NCBI GenBank assembly: GCA_043767805.1
Contig: JAYUGC010000134.1
Span: forward strand, 1 to 57,697
Direction: 5' to 3'
DNA length: 57,697 nt
Origin: Pseudomonadota bacterium
Lineage (GTDB): Bacteria > Bdellovibrionota > FAC87 > UBA2466
Shown: positions 30,688 through 39,824 of the stretch, piece after piece
Layout: each line of letters opens with the position of its first letter
How positions within the stretch are numbered: the first letter of the stretch is position 1
Translations under genes and position numbers: made by a program
Notes under the pieces: model-generated
What the model saw: only the letters and a program-made list of their open reading frames with translations
The model's database searches: none
Told to the model about the DNA's origin: nothing

Positions 30688-31584
30688 TAAGCACTTCCAC
30701 CCCCGCGGCTGAAAGCGAGCGAGCGCCCGATCCGCATCCCGAGTCGCGAGAAAGTTCGGCGGCTCCCAGGGCGTCGGCGCGGACGGGCTAAGCGGGTCCG
30801 CAAGGGTCGGCCCAAGAAACGTTTTCTCCAGCCGAAACAAACGAAACCCCAACTCCTCGAGGTAACGCGTTGCCGGCGTGGGCAAGGCGGCATTCTCCTC
30901 GAACACGAGGTCACGAACAGCGCCCGAGCGGAGTAGCTTTTCTCCGCCGCGATAAACGTTGAGCTCTGCCCCTTCGACATCAATCTTGATGATTTGAGGC
31001 GTCGTTTCGCTCGTGAAATACTCGTCCATGGGCCTGACTTCGACCTGAATGCTCGGGCCCAAGGCACCCTCGGCCCGCGTTTCCTTCAGATAAGCGATTC
31101 CGGAATTCGCGCCCATCTCCGCCGGGAGCACGAGCTCCGCCTGACCATTTCGATCGGAGAGAGCAATTTTTTCGACCACGAGCTCCGCGACATGGGCCCG
31201 GGTTCTCCAACGTTTCACGTTTTGATCGAGCTGAGCGTAAATCTCAGGCATCGGCTCGAAGGAAGTCACTTTCCCTCTATCAGTGAGGCGACGAGCAAGG
31301 AGCGAGGTCATATGCCCAACATTTGCCCCGATATCGGCCGCGCGCTCGCCCGGATCGGCCAAGCGCCAAAGCGCTTCGCTCACCATCAAATCGTAAAGTC
31401 CCAGGCGCCACACCGCCATGCCAATGGTCTCGTCCACGTGCACGTCGATATCGAGGTCCCACGGCAGCTCCATCCGCCGCAAGCGCCCGTCATGGGGCAC
31501 GATGCGCCGTTGGAGACGCTTAAATATCTGCACGGGGCGAAAGAAATACTCCGGCTTATTGAGCGAGGCTCGCCAGTCTCTCAC
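30673..31584 (-). CDS. FkbM-family methyltransferase
   Basis: ADIGANVG, SFEP and IKIDVEGAE. GTG start overlaps the upstream stop (GTGA), with a GAGGGAG SD. Confidence 0.88.
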   Translation of the reverse strand: MRDWRASLNKPEYFFRPVQIFKRLQRRIVPHDGRLRRMELPWDLDIDVHVDETIGMAVWRLGLYDLMVSEALWRLADPGERAADIGANVGHMTSLLARRLTDRGKVTSFEPMPEIYAQLDQNVKRWRTRAHVAELVVEKIALSDRNGQAELVLPAEMGANSGIAYLKETRAEGALGPSIQVEVRPMDEYFTSETTPQIIKIDVEGAELNVYRGGEKLLRSGAVRDLVFEENAALPTPATRYLEELGFRLFRLEKTFLGPTLADPLSPSAPTPWEPPNFLATRDADRALARFQPRGWKCLRMRE

Positions 31585-32741
31585 TTCGCTCTCCCTCGAA
31601 GCTCGAGCCAAGCCGTCTCGCTCGCTTCCATCCAGTCCACCCATTGTTCGGCCATCTTCGCCCAGGTAAAAGACCGCAGGCTCGCTCCAAAATCCTGCAC
31701 GCGGCGGCGGGTCGCCTCGGGATCTTTCGCCCACGCTTCGAGCTGCCTGGCGAGAGCGGCGCTGTCATTGGGATCGTCGATGAGAAGATCGTCCAGCTCG
31801 GCCGGGTATCTCTCGGAAAAGCCCGCGCTTCTAGCCAAAAAACACGGCGTGCCCGAGGCAAACGCCTCTTGCGCCGCGAGCGAGTACGGCTCGTACCGGC
31901 TGGGCGCGGCTATAGCGTCACACGCCCAAAGTAGTTTCGGAATCTCTCGGTGGAAGCCCAGAAAATGCACGCGTTCCTCGAGCTTGTCGGCTTTGGTTCG
32001 TTCCTTCCAATGGGGCAACTCACGCCCCGCGCCCGCCACTAAAAGGACGGCGCCGTCCGGAAGCTTCGAGCAAAAGGAAGCCCAGGCGGTATAAAGCGAG
32101 TCGAACCCTTTGCGCAGATCGCCCAGGGCTCCGACGAAGCCGAGCACCGGCCCACTAGCGCTCACGCCCAAAGCTTCGCGAGCCGCGATCCGTTCCCCGT
32201 CAGACGGAGGCCGAAAGCGTTCCGGATCGGTGCCCAGCGCGATTACCTTGATCGATTCCCGGCGCAAGCCGAACAACCGAACGAGATCCTCGCGGTTTTT
32301 TTCCGCGGTGGTCACGATCATCTTCGCCTGTAAAAGCGCCCGGCGTTCCTCGGCGCGGAAGCGAGTGGCGCGCCAATCGTCCCAAGCTCTCGTCTTCGGC
32401 TCTTCATACGCCGCGTGTAAGTAGTGCACCCAGTTGACGTCGTTCCAGCGGCAGTTGCCGCCGTTGACGACGACTCTTCCCCTTTCAGCCGTCACCCGGG
32501 CCGCCCAATAGCGGCCCATCTGGGAGAGGAGTGGAAATCCCAAAAAGTAAGAGCCCAGGGGCTTTGCGACCGGATGAAAGCGAATGTTCGGATGGGACGT
32601 GAGATCTTCGGAAGCGGTGAAAGCGACCAAGTGCACAGGGTGGCCGCGCTCGGCGAGACGCAGCGCGAGAGCGTGGTTCGCCCAGTCCATGCCGCCAAAA
32701 CGGCCGAAGTCGCCCGTTACTAAAAGGTAAGGTCGTTTCAC
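31581..32741 (-). CDS. GT4 glycosyltransferase
   Basis: FVGALGDLRKG and PSRYEPYSLAAQEA. Confidence 0.88.
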   Translation of the reverse strand: MKRPYLLVTGDFGRFGGMDWANHALALRLAERGHPVHLVAFTASEDLTSHPNIRFHPVAKPLGSYFLGFPLLSQMGRYWAARVTAERGRVVVNGGNCRWNDVNWVHYLHAAYEEPKTRAWDDWRATRFRAEERRALLQAKMIVTTAEKNREDLVRLFGLRRESIKVIALGTDPERFRPPSDGERIAAREALGVSASGPVLGFVGALGDLRKGFDSLYTAWASFCSKLPDGAVLLVAGAGRELPHWKERTKADKLEERVHFLGFHREIPKLLWACDAIAAPSRYEPYSLAAQEAFASGTPCFLARSAGFSERYPAELDDLLIDDPNDSAALARQLEAWAKDPEATRRRVQDFGASLRSFTWAKMAEQWVDWMEASETAWLELRGRAK

Positions 32742-33844
32742 GCTTCTTTTCTCATTTCCACCGCGGCCGGCTCACCGAGCAGCCTCGTCACCACCGCGTC
32801 CCAGTCGAAATATTTTTCGAAGAGCCGTACTCCAATCCAAGCCCGCACTCGTCTAGCTTCGGGCGAAGCGAGCAGCGTCCGGATGGCCGCGGCAAAGGCG
32901 CCCGCCTCTCTCGGAACGAGCCAGGTGGCATCCGACTCGGTGAAAATGGGATCGGTGAGACGGCCCCAGTTCGTCACCACCGCAAGCTCGTGGGCGAAGG
33001 CGGCGATGGCCGACGTCCGCCGAGCCGAGACCCCATCGACAAAAGGCGCGAGAAAGACGTCGAGACGACCGAGCTCGCGAGACACTTCCGCTTCGGAGAG
33101 CGCGCCCGTGAATCTCCAGCGCGGATCGTCTTTGAACTTTCCCGGCCACTCGGCGCGCGTGATCCCAATCAAGACCAGCTCTGCGTTGATGGGTCCGAGG
33201 CGCTGCCACACCGCTTCGAGAAACTTCGGATCCTTTCCGGAGCCGAGCGGGCTGAAAACTCCGATGCGGGCTTTGCCGTCTTTGGCATGCCGCTCGCCCG
33301 CGGGCCGTATGGTCGAGCCGACCGGAGACCACACGACTTTGCCCTGAGCTCCCGGAAAATCCCGGCCGATCCATTCCGCCCAAGCTTGCACCGTCACCGG
33401 AACGCGATCGCTCGCGGTGATGAGGGCGGCGAGCGTGAGCCTTTGCCCGAGGGCGAGAATACCCGCTTTGCCCCAGCCCCAATCGACGAAAGGCTCATGC
33501 ACGTTCGTTTCCCAGCGAATGCCTTCCGCGCGCAGCCGCGCCGCCGCGAAGGCGGGCCACATATTCCAACCCCGGCGATGATAGAGAAACGGCTCCCACT
33601 GAAACCAGATTGCGTCGGGGCGTTCTTGCTTCGCTCGCTCTATGAGCTGAGTGAATCCGCGCCGGCTCCAATCCCTCATTCCATTCCACACGGGGACGCC
33701 GTCCAGCTGAGACGCTTGCTCGACGCCCGTCACGAGGGTGACCTCGTGCCCACGGCGAGACAACGCCTCGGCGATCCGCGCCGTGTAATCGCCCACTCCG
33801 CAACGGGCCGGAGGGATTCTTCGGGTGACGAGCCAGATCTTCAT
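32738..33844 (-). CDS. GT4-like glycosyltransferase
   Basis: PPARCGVGDYT N-terminal motif and PFVDGVSARRTSAIAA. Confidence 0.82.
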   Translation of the reverse strand: MKIWLVTRRIPPARCGVGDYTARIAEALSRRGHEVTLVTGVEQASQLDGVPVWNGMRDWSRRGFTQLIERAKQERPDAIWFQWEPFLYHRRGWNMWPAFAAARLRAEGIRWETNVHEPFVDWGWGKAGILALGQRLTLAALITASDRVPVTVQAWAEWIGRDFPGAQGKVVWSPVGSTIRPAGERHAKDGKARIGVFSPLGSGKDPKFLEAVWQRLGPINAELVLIGITRAEWPGKFKDDPRWRFTGALSEAEVSRELGRLDVFLAPFVDGVSARRTSAIAAFAHELAVVTNWGRLTDPIFTESDATWLVPREAGAFAAAIRTLLASPEARRVRAWIGVRLFEKYFDWDAVVTRLLGEPAAVEMRKEA

Positions 33845-33882
33845 TAAGAATAAAGGGGGGCTATATGAAGTATAATCCAGTT

Positions 33883-35001
33883 ATGCGAATGCTCCACTGC
33901 CATTCGGGCAACCTCTTCGGTGGGATTGAAAGAGCTCTCCTGGCCCTCGTCGCGGCGCCCAACACGGGGCTTACTTCGGAGTTTGCGCTCTGTTTCGAAG
34001 GCGCTTTCGCCAACGAGCTGAGAGCCGCGCGTTACAATCCTAAAATTCTGGGCCCAGTCCGCTTCCGCTCTCCTTTGAGCGTGTGGACCGCGCGCAAACG
34101 ATTCGCCAAGGCTATCGTCGAGAAAAAGCCGGATTGGGTACTAACGCATGGGCTTTGGTCCTTTCGTTTGGCTTACCCCGTGGCGAGACGGTGCGGCATT
34201 CCGATAGCCATCTGGGTGCACGACGTTTTTCAAGGGCACTCGTGGCTCGAGCGGCCTGGCCTCTACTCTCCCGATAAAATTTTCGCCACGAGTCAGTTCA
34301 CGGCTCAAGGCGTCCCGCGCGTTTTTCCGGGCCGCTGGCCCGAAGTGCTTCCGCCCCCGCTCGCCACTCGCGCCCCTGATGAATCGGCGAGAAGCCGCGT
34401 GCGAGCCGAGCTCGGAGCTTCCCGCGAAACCGTCGTCATTCTCATGGCAGGACGTTTCGAGCCCCTCAAAGGGCACGGCATGCTGCTAAAGACTCTGTCT
34501 CGGGTCGCAGTGAACGTACCGACCTCCATTCGCTGGTGCGTCTGGATCGCCGGTGACGCCCAGAGACCCGCGGAACGCCTTCTCAAAACCCAGCTCGAGG
34601 CCCAAGCCGAGGCCCTGGGAGGCCGCGTGAAGTTCTTGGGCCATCGCACGGATATCGCCGCGCTTTATTCCGCGGCCGACATCTATTGCCAGCCGAACGT
34701 CGGCCCCGAAGCGTACGGGCTCACTTTTGCGGAAGCAGCGGTAGGGGGCCTGCCCGTGGTCACCACCCGCCTGGGAGCGGGACCGGAGCTCGTCGACAAC
34801 GACATCGGGCGGCTCGTGCCGCCCTCCGATGAAATCGCCCTCGCCTCGGCCCTCACCGAGCTCGTCGGCTCCGCGGAATTGAGGCAGACACTCGGCGCCG
34901 AAGCCGCTCGGCGTGCCAAGCGCATTCCGGATGCGAGAGTCATCGCCAACCGTCTCGCCCATCATCTCCAAGGCGAGTACGTGAGCCGCTTGGCCGTCTG
35001 A
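33883..35001 (+). CDS. GT4 glycosyltransferase
   Basis: GNLFGGIE, GRFEPLKG and GPEAYGLTFAEA. TATAAT lies 6 nt before the ATG at 33883. Confidence 0.88.
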   Translation: MRMLHCHSGNLFGGIERALLALVAAPNTGLTSEFALCFEGAFANELRAARYNPKILGPVRFRSPLSVWTARKRFAKAIVEKKPDWVLTHGLWSFRLAYPVARRCGIPIAIWVHDVFQGHSWLERPGLYSPDKIFATSQFTAQGVPRVFPGRWPEVLPPPLATRAPDESARSRVRAELGASRETVVILMAGRFEPLKGHGMLLKTLSRVAVNVPTSIRWCVWIAGDAQRPAERLLKTQLEAQAEALGGRVKFLGHRTDIAALYSAADIYCQPNVGPEAYGLTFAEAAVGGLPVVTTRLGAGPELVDNDIGRLVPPSDEIALASALTELVGSAELRQTLGAEAARRAKRIPDARVIANRLAHHLQGEYVSRLAV

Positions 35002-35030
35002 ACCCTCTAGTCCGTGGTAAAATTATCCCC

Positions 35031-36215
35031 ATGCTTCCCAAGCTAAAGACCGCCCCGCGTCTGAAAGTTCTCTTTTTCGTAGAGGGCTTTACCGACATTC
35101 GCTTCGTCACGGGCCTTTCGGAAATTTGCGATCTCACGCTGGTGGTACCGCAAAGAGCATACGAATCGAGCGGCTTGAAAGAGCGCGTGAACGAGAGCGG
35201 CGCGACTCTCACCCAAATCGAGATCACCGGAAGCCGCCTTCAGTTTCAAGCCAAGAGCTTGAAATGGCTCTGGGACAACTCCGCTCACTTCGACGTCGTT
35301 CTCGCTCAAGAAGTCTTACGGGGCGCCTTCAACGCGACCCTCATTGGGAAATTAAAGGGGGTTCCCGTGGTCACCTACATGGGCATCTCGCCGGTCGAGT
35401 ACTTCCGCTGTCGACGAGAGCGCGGTCAAATTGGCGCGCTGAAAAGCTGGCTCGGAGAGACCACCATCGAGACTCTGATGCGCGCGAACGGACGCATGGC
35501 CACCACTTGCCTCGCTATGGGCCCCTACCTAAAAGACGTCGCCGCGGACTATTGCCCCCGGAGCCAGGTGGGGCTCTATTACGGCGTCGACACGAAATTT
35601 TTCCGTCCGGCGGCGGCCGCCGAAAAGAAGAAGCTGCGCGAAAAGCTCGGGCTTCCTCAAGACAAATTTTTGGTCGTGCTCTCCAGCCGCATCAGCCACG
35701 AGAAAGATCCCGAGACCGCATTGAAAGCCGTGGCGAAAGCCCGGGCCAAGGGACTCGATGTGGCGCTCCTCAATCTGGGAGGCGGGTTCAAGGATTTCCT
35801 CAAGCTCTCCAAAGAGCTGGGGCTTCCCGATGCGACCGACTGGGTCCTGGGCCGCCAAGCGGTACACCCCATGAAAGATCTCGCCGATTATTTCCGTGCG
35901 GCTGACTGCATGATTCAGGCGTCTCTCGCCGAAGGTGCGGCGTTCTCGACCCTCGAGGGGCTTGCCTGCGAAGTGCCAGTCATCGCCACCGACATCGGAG
36001 GCATGGCGGTCCAGCTCCGAGGCGTTGCGCATCTCACCCCGCGCGCCGACAGCGATCGCATGGCCGACAAATTACTCTGGGTCGCTTCCCACAAAGCCGA
36101 GGCGCAAAAGATCTCCACCGAGGGCCGCGCCTACGTGGTGCGGGAATGGGATCGGGAAAAGGCCTTCCGCGATCTCCAGATAATTCTCTCGGATGCCGCC
36201 AGCACCCGCCGTTAA
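35031..36215 (+). CDS. GT4 glycosyltransferase
   Basis: YYGVDT, SRISHEKD and ASLAEGAAFSTLEGLACEVP. Confidence 0.88.
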   Translation: MLPKLKTAPRLKVLFFVEGFTDIRFVTGLSEICDLTLVVPQRAYESSGLKERVNESGATLTQIEITGSRLQFQAKSLKWLWDNSAHFDVVLAQEVLRGAFNATLIGKLKGVPVVTYMGISPVEYFRCRRERGQIGALKSWLGETTIETLMRANGRMATTCLAMGPYLKDVAADYCPRSQVGLYYGVDTKFFRPAAAAEKKKLREKLGLPQDKFLVVLSSRISHEKDPETALKAVAKARAKGLDVALLNLGGGFKDFLKLSKELGLPDATDWVLGRQAVHPMKDLADYFRAADCMIQASLAEGAAFSTLEGLACEVPVIATDIGGMAVQLRGVAHLTPRADSDRMADKLLWVASHKAEAQKISTEGRAYVVREWDREKAFRDLQIILSDAASTRR

Positions 36216-36360
36216 TTCGCCGAAATTAGGCGACCTGCCGTTAACGACGCGTGCGGGAGGGAAAGATCTAATAGACTCCCTCGTACCGGCAACCCGTGTC
36301 CCGTGACTGCCCCGGTCGAGTGCGCGAAAGCGCGGGTCCGAAAGCACGAAAAAAAGCGCC

Positions 36361-36909
36361 TCACTTCTTCGTGACGAGATACACGCTGATCGTCGCCGTT
36401 ATGATGCCCAGAAACGTGGAGAAGATCGAAAGCGTTCGCATGAACGTGTCCACTTTCGGGGGAGAGTCGAGATGGATGACGTCTCCGTTGCGTAAAACCA
36501 TGTCGCGATAACTCACCTGCTCGACCAGCTCCTCGCCGTCGATGCGGACGGTTTTCTGATTCGCGGCGATCTTCGCATCCTTGCTCTCCCGGGTGTCGTA
36601 AATGCGGCTCAGTGAGATTTCCGTCTTGGAGAGAACGCCCGTGCTTCCACCGGAGTAACCGAGGGCATCGAGGAGCGTGGCATTGTCCGGCAGGTAGTAC
36701 ACGCCCGGCGCCGAGACATCCCCCCAGATGTGCACGCGGATCAAGAAACGCTTCTCACGGTTCGACGAGAAAAACTCTCGTACGTTGCCTTCCCCCTGCT
36801 CCTTCGGCGTGATGAGCACCGGCGCTCCGTGCGCGTAGCGGAGGGCTCCCGTATGAGAGACGATGAGAAGCGGCACGAGACTCTGAACTAACCAGCGTGG
36901 GGTTTTCAT
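36361..36909 (-). CDS. Small SLBB-domain polysaccharide export (OPX/Wza-like) protein
   Basis: VHIWGDVSAPGVYYLP...LLDALGYSGG...LRNGDVIHL SLBB fold, N-terminal signal-like segment and C-terminal hydrophobic helix. Confidence 0.8.
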   Translation of the reverse strand: MKTPRWLVQSLVPLLIVSHTGALRYAHGAPVLITPKEQGEGNVREFFSSNREKRFLIRVHIWGDVSAPGVYYLPDNATLLDALGYSGGSTGVLSKTEISLSRIYDTRESKDAKIAANQKTVRIDGEELVEQVSYRDMVLRNGDVIHLDSPPKVDTFMRTLSIFSTFLGIITATISVYLVTKK

Positions 36910-36970
36910 GGTGGTACCTTCATTTTAGCCTAAAGGCGCCGCCGTGAGATACCGCGCGCGGCGTTAACGC

Positions 36971-37915
36971 TCATCCGGCAAACGAACGGCTCATGGCGTA
37001 AGCGAGAGCCTCCCCAAACCGATCCCGCAAGAGCGCCTTCATTCCCAGGTACAGCACGCGAGGAGCGCGGTGTTTTTCTAAAATCAAACGCTCCGGCGAA
37101 AGAGACCGTTCGAGACATTTAGCGACGAGCCAGCCGCCCAGGCCGGCATGCCCGATCCCTTCGGGAACCGGCGTTCCGAAATGCCGCCTGAGCACGGCCG
37201 CCGAAACGGCGACCGCCCGGCGGAGCCTCAAGCGAATGGCGAGCCGCTCGACCGCGGCGACATCCAGGCCTTCCCGCCGGACGAGATGATCGAGATCCAC
37301 GAGCCAATGGAGCTGATCGAAGAGATGCTGAAGCGCCCCGTGCCCGCAGAGATAGACGAAGTTCAAGTTCGTCTCGAACTCGCGGAACCAGTCAACCTCA
37401 GGGATGCAGGAAGCGCGGCTGTGCCAGCGCGAGATGCCTTCGAAATCCCGGCCGGCGAGCATTTGCCGATGGCCTTCCACCGGGACCCCGTCCAGGACGA
37501 AGACCTGACGAAACTCCGTGCCGAGCCAGCTACCTGGATCGCCCGGCTCCGCGCCCAGCCCTTGAAGGACTCTCCCAAAATCACGCCAGCGGTGTTCCGA
37601 CACCAAAATGTCGATGTCCGTGCAGGGCCGGTGCAAGGGGGAATCGTAAATCCGGTAGGCGAGACTCGGCCCTTTCAAAAGCCAGGCCGGAAGCCCCGCC
37701 GCTTTGAACGCCTCATTCAATTTTTTCAAGACGCCGCGAAAAGTCACCTCGCGCACGGCGCGCGAACTCCAAGCTCGTCGACAAACGGCTTCGAGCTCCG
37801 TTCCTTCGACGCCTCCCTTGGCTAACGCCAAAGGACCGAAGGCGGCCGCCCCTTGCGGCGTGGCCAGCCAGTTCCGGAAGGCGGGAGTCCTCATCCAAGT
37901 TTCAAATGGTGTCAC
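36971..37915 (-). CDS. Nucleotidyltransferase (NTP_transf_5-like, RiPP-associated)
   Basis: LLKGPSLA..IY....RPCTDIDILV motif, VEGH and WLVDL. Confidence 0.85.
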   Translation of the reverse strand: MTPFETWMRTPAFRNWLATPQGAAAFGPLALAKGGVEGTELEAVCRRAWSSRAVREVTFRGVLKKLNEAFKAAGLPAWLLKGPSLAYRIYDSPLHRPCTDIDILVSEHRWRDFGRVLQGLGAEPGDPGSWLGTEFRQVFVLDGVPVEGHRQMLAGRDFEGISRWHSRASCIPEVDWFREFETNLNFVYLCGHGALQHLFDQLHWLVDLDHLVRREGLDVAAVERLAIRLRLRRAVAVSAAVLRRHFGTPVPEGIGHAGLGGWLVAKCLERSLSPERLILEKHRAPRVLYLGMKALLRDRFGEALAYAMSRSFAG

Positions 37916-38348
37916 GCCGGACGTTCCCTCTTCCTAGCTGCAGAGCCATTTCGATTAAAGCGAGCGCCTTCAGGCCGACGCGAGCGGGTCGTCCTTTCGG
38001 GCCCGCGCGCATGCGGCGGGAAAACCAGGCCGACCAACGTTTGAGCCCCGGCCCGCGCTCGCCCCACACCACCCGCCAAGCGCCACGCCGAACTCCCAAA
38101 ACCCGGCCCACGAGCGGCGAAGGGGGATCCCATTCGCAAGCCGCGTCTCCTTTGGTGGCGAGCCCGCCGCCCTTGCCCACCACCCGGTGCGCGGACCAAA
38201 CTCGATTGCCTTCGAGGCGGAACGGGCCGGTAACGACCAGGTCCCCTTCCCCTACGAGCGGCGAGTCGCCGAGCTCGACGAGCAAAGCGTCTCCAGGCTT
38301 CAGGAAAGGCACCATGCTCTCACCATGAAAAGAGACCCAGGTAGGCAT
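37902..38348 (-). CDS. Soluble S24/S26-family peptidase (candidate leader peptidase)
   Basis: GESMVPFL (catalytic Ser), SAHRVV and TKGDA. The ATG overlaps the precursor stop (TAATG); no N-terminal TM anchor. Confidence 0.82.
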   Translation of the reverse strand: MPTWVSFHGESMVPFLKPGDALLVELGDSPLVGEGDLVVTGPFRLEGNRVWSAHRVVGKGGGLATKGDAACEWDPPSPLVGRVLGVRRGAWRVVWGERGPGLKRWSAWFSRRMRAGPKGRPARVGLKALALIEMALQLGRGNVRRDTI

Positions 38349-38527
38349 TAGGAGAGAAGTCGGTTGGAGCGACAGAAGTTGGGAGCCCCGAGCGATTCCT
38401 TGCGTCCCCCAACCAAGGAACCGTTGCAGGTGATGGCGGCGCCGTTGACCATCCACTTCTCCGAAACAATCTTCGGCTTCTCGTAAGGAATTTTCTCGGG
38501 CTTCTTGTCTTTGGGGTCGTCGCTCAT
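38348..38527 (-). CDS. Putative RiPP precursor peptide, 59 aa (absent from the ORF track)
   Basis: Manual translation: MSDDPKDKKPEKIPYEKPKIVSEKWMVNGAAITCNGSLVGGRKESLGAPNFCRSNRLLS*. GAGGAG SD, ATGA overlap with the rSAM stop, TAATG overlap with the peptidase start, and a YxxPxI RRE-binding motif. Confidence 0.88.
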   Translation of the reverse strand: MSDDPKDKKPEKIPYEKPKIVSEKWMVNGAAITCNGSLVGGRKESLGAPNFCRSNRLLS

Positions 38528-39555
38528 GCTGTAGTCTCCTCGAAAACTTGGGCGCGGATTTTCGCCGCTTCCGCCGCGTAAGGAATCACTTTCAAAGGAT
38601 CGCGAAGCTCATTTCTCGCCATGCCGGGACAATGCTCGCAAAGGCCGGCGGCGTTGCCCTTCGGCATGCCCGACAAATCGCCGAGTCTCAGATCTCTCCA
38701 TTTGAGTGCGATCTCATTTCCCCAGAGCTCGGCGAAAGACGATTCCGTGAGAAGCCCGAGCGGCTCCCGCACTTCAATGCAGGGGAGCAGCTCTCCGTAG
38801 GCGGTGACCGCGCACTTCGCCTTTCCGACGCCGCAGGTATGGTGCTCGAGCGTAGTCGCCTCGGGCTCGCGAGCCCGCCCCGCTCGCCTGGCCTGCTCAC
38901 GATAGTAGACGAGAAGCTGTTCCGGAGTCGCTCTCTGGCGAGTCGGCGCCATATCGCCGCTGAACTTCGCGGTGACCACGGGATCGGCTTGCATGGGAAG
39001 CGATCGCTCCGCGCACCAGGCTTCAAGATCGAAGTAGCCGTCGATATTTTCCCGGGTGAGCAAAGTATTGATGGTCACGCCGAGGCCCGCCTCTTTGGCG
39101 AACTCGATGGCCCGCACCAGACGGGCATGGGAGCCCGCGACCGCGGTCATCCGATCGTGCACGGCCGAGTCGGTGCTATAGAGACTGATGGTCAGATAAG
39201 AAAATCCCGTTCGCTTCAAACGAAACGCGGCCGCTCGATCTATTTTCAAAGCGTTGGTGATCATCGACAACGAGAAGCCCAGCCCCGCCGCATACTCGGC
39301 GATGGCCCAAAACTCCGGGTGGAGCATGGCTTCGCCGCCCATCAAGACGACGTAGAGCACTCCCGCGCCGCGAATTTCCCGTAGGACATGCTTCCACTGA
39401 TCCAGAGTAAGCTTTCGCTCGGGATCGTCTTTAAACGAGTCGAGATAACAGTGCGTGCAACGCTCGTTGCAGCGATAAGTAAGCTCCAGGGAAGCCTTCA
39501 TGGGTCTTGCCTTGAGGAGACTGTGATCTCCCCATTTGTCGAGCAAGGCGCTCAT
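38524..39555 (-). CDS. Radical SAM enzyme with SPASM/twitch-type C-terminal domain (PqqE-like)
   Basis: ELTYRCNERCTHCY (CxxxCxxC), MGGEA, CGVGKAKC...GELLPC and CEHCPG. Confidence 0.93.
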   Translation of the reverse strand: MSALLDKWGDHSLLKARPMKASLELTYRCNERCTHCYLDSFKDDPERKLTLDQWKHVLREIRGAGVLYVVLMGGEAMLHPEFWAIAEYAAGLGFSLSMITNALKIDRAAAFRLKRTGFSYLTISLYSTDSAVHDRMTAVAGSHARLVRAIEFAKEAGLGVTINTLLTRENIDGYFDLEAWCAERSLPMQADPVVTAKFSGDMAPTRQRATPEQLLVYYREQARRAGRAREPEATTLEHHTCGVGKAKCAVTAYGELLPCIEVREPLGLLTESSFAELWGNEIALKWRDLRLGDLSGMPKGNAAGLCEHCPGMARNELRDPLKVIPYAAEAAKIRAQVFEETTA

Positions 39556-39824
39556 TCGGCTACTTCCACCAGCCCCAACTCTTTCAATTCCATTTCAAAG
39601 GCGAGCATGTCGGCCGAGGCGGTCGCTTCATCCACGTCAAAGGTTTCACTCAGGCGCCGAATGAGAGTCTCGCGAGGGAGCTGCCCATCGAGCCGCTCCC
39701 AAATCCAGGTTCCCGCGCGGTTGCACTCATGAACGAGATCGCGCCCGGGATTGAGTAAGACAGCGACTCCTTCGAAGGTCTGCCACCCCACGCCGAGCGC
39801 GCGCTTCAAGCCGTATTCAGCCAT
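39552..39824 (-). CDS. PqqD-family RiPP recognition element (RRE)
   Basis: 90 aa; AVLL...HECNRAGTWIWERLDG...LSETFDVD.ATASADM..F...L...GLV. Confidence 0.9.
   Translation of the reverse strand: MAEYGLKRALGVGWQTFEGVAVLLNPGRDLVHECNRAGTWIWERLDGQLPRETLIRRLSETFDVDEATASADMLAFEMELKELGLVEVAE

Noticed and set aside
38349..38456. N-terminal extension of the peptidase ORF in the track, and similar extensions at 9604, 15839, 20247, 25816 and 31734
   Set aside because: These overlap upstream genes in another frame. Downstream starts with coupling, SD or family-typical N-termini fit better.
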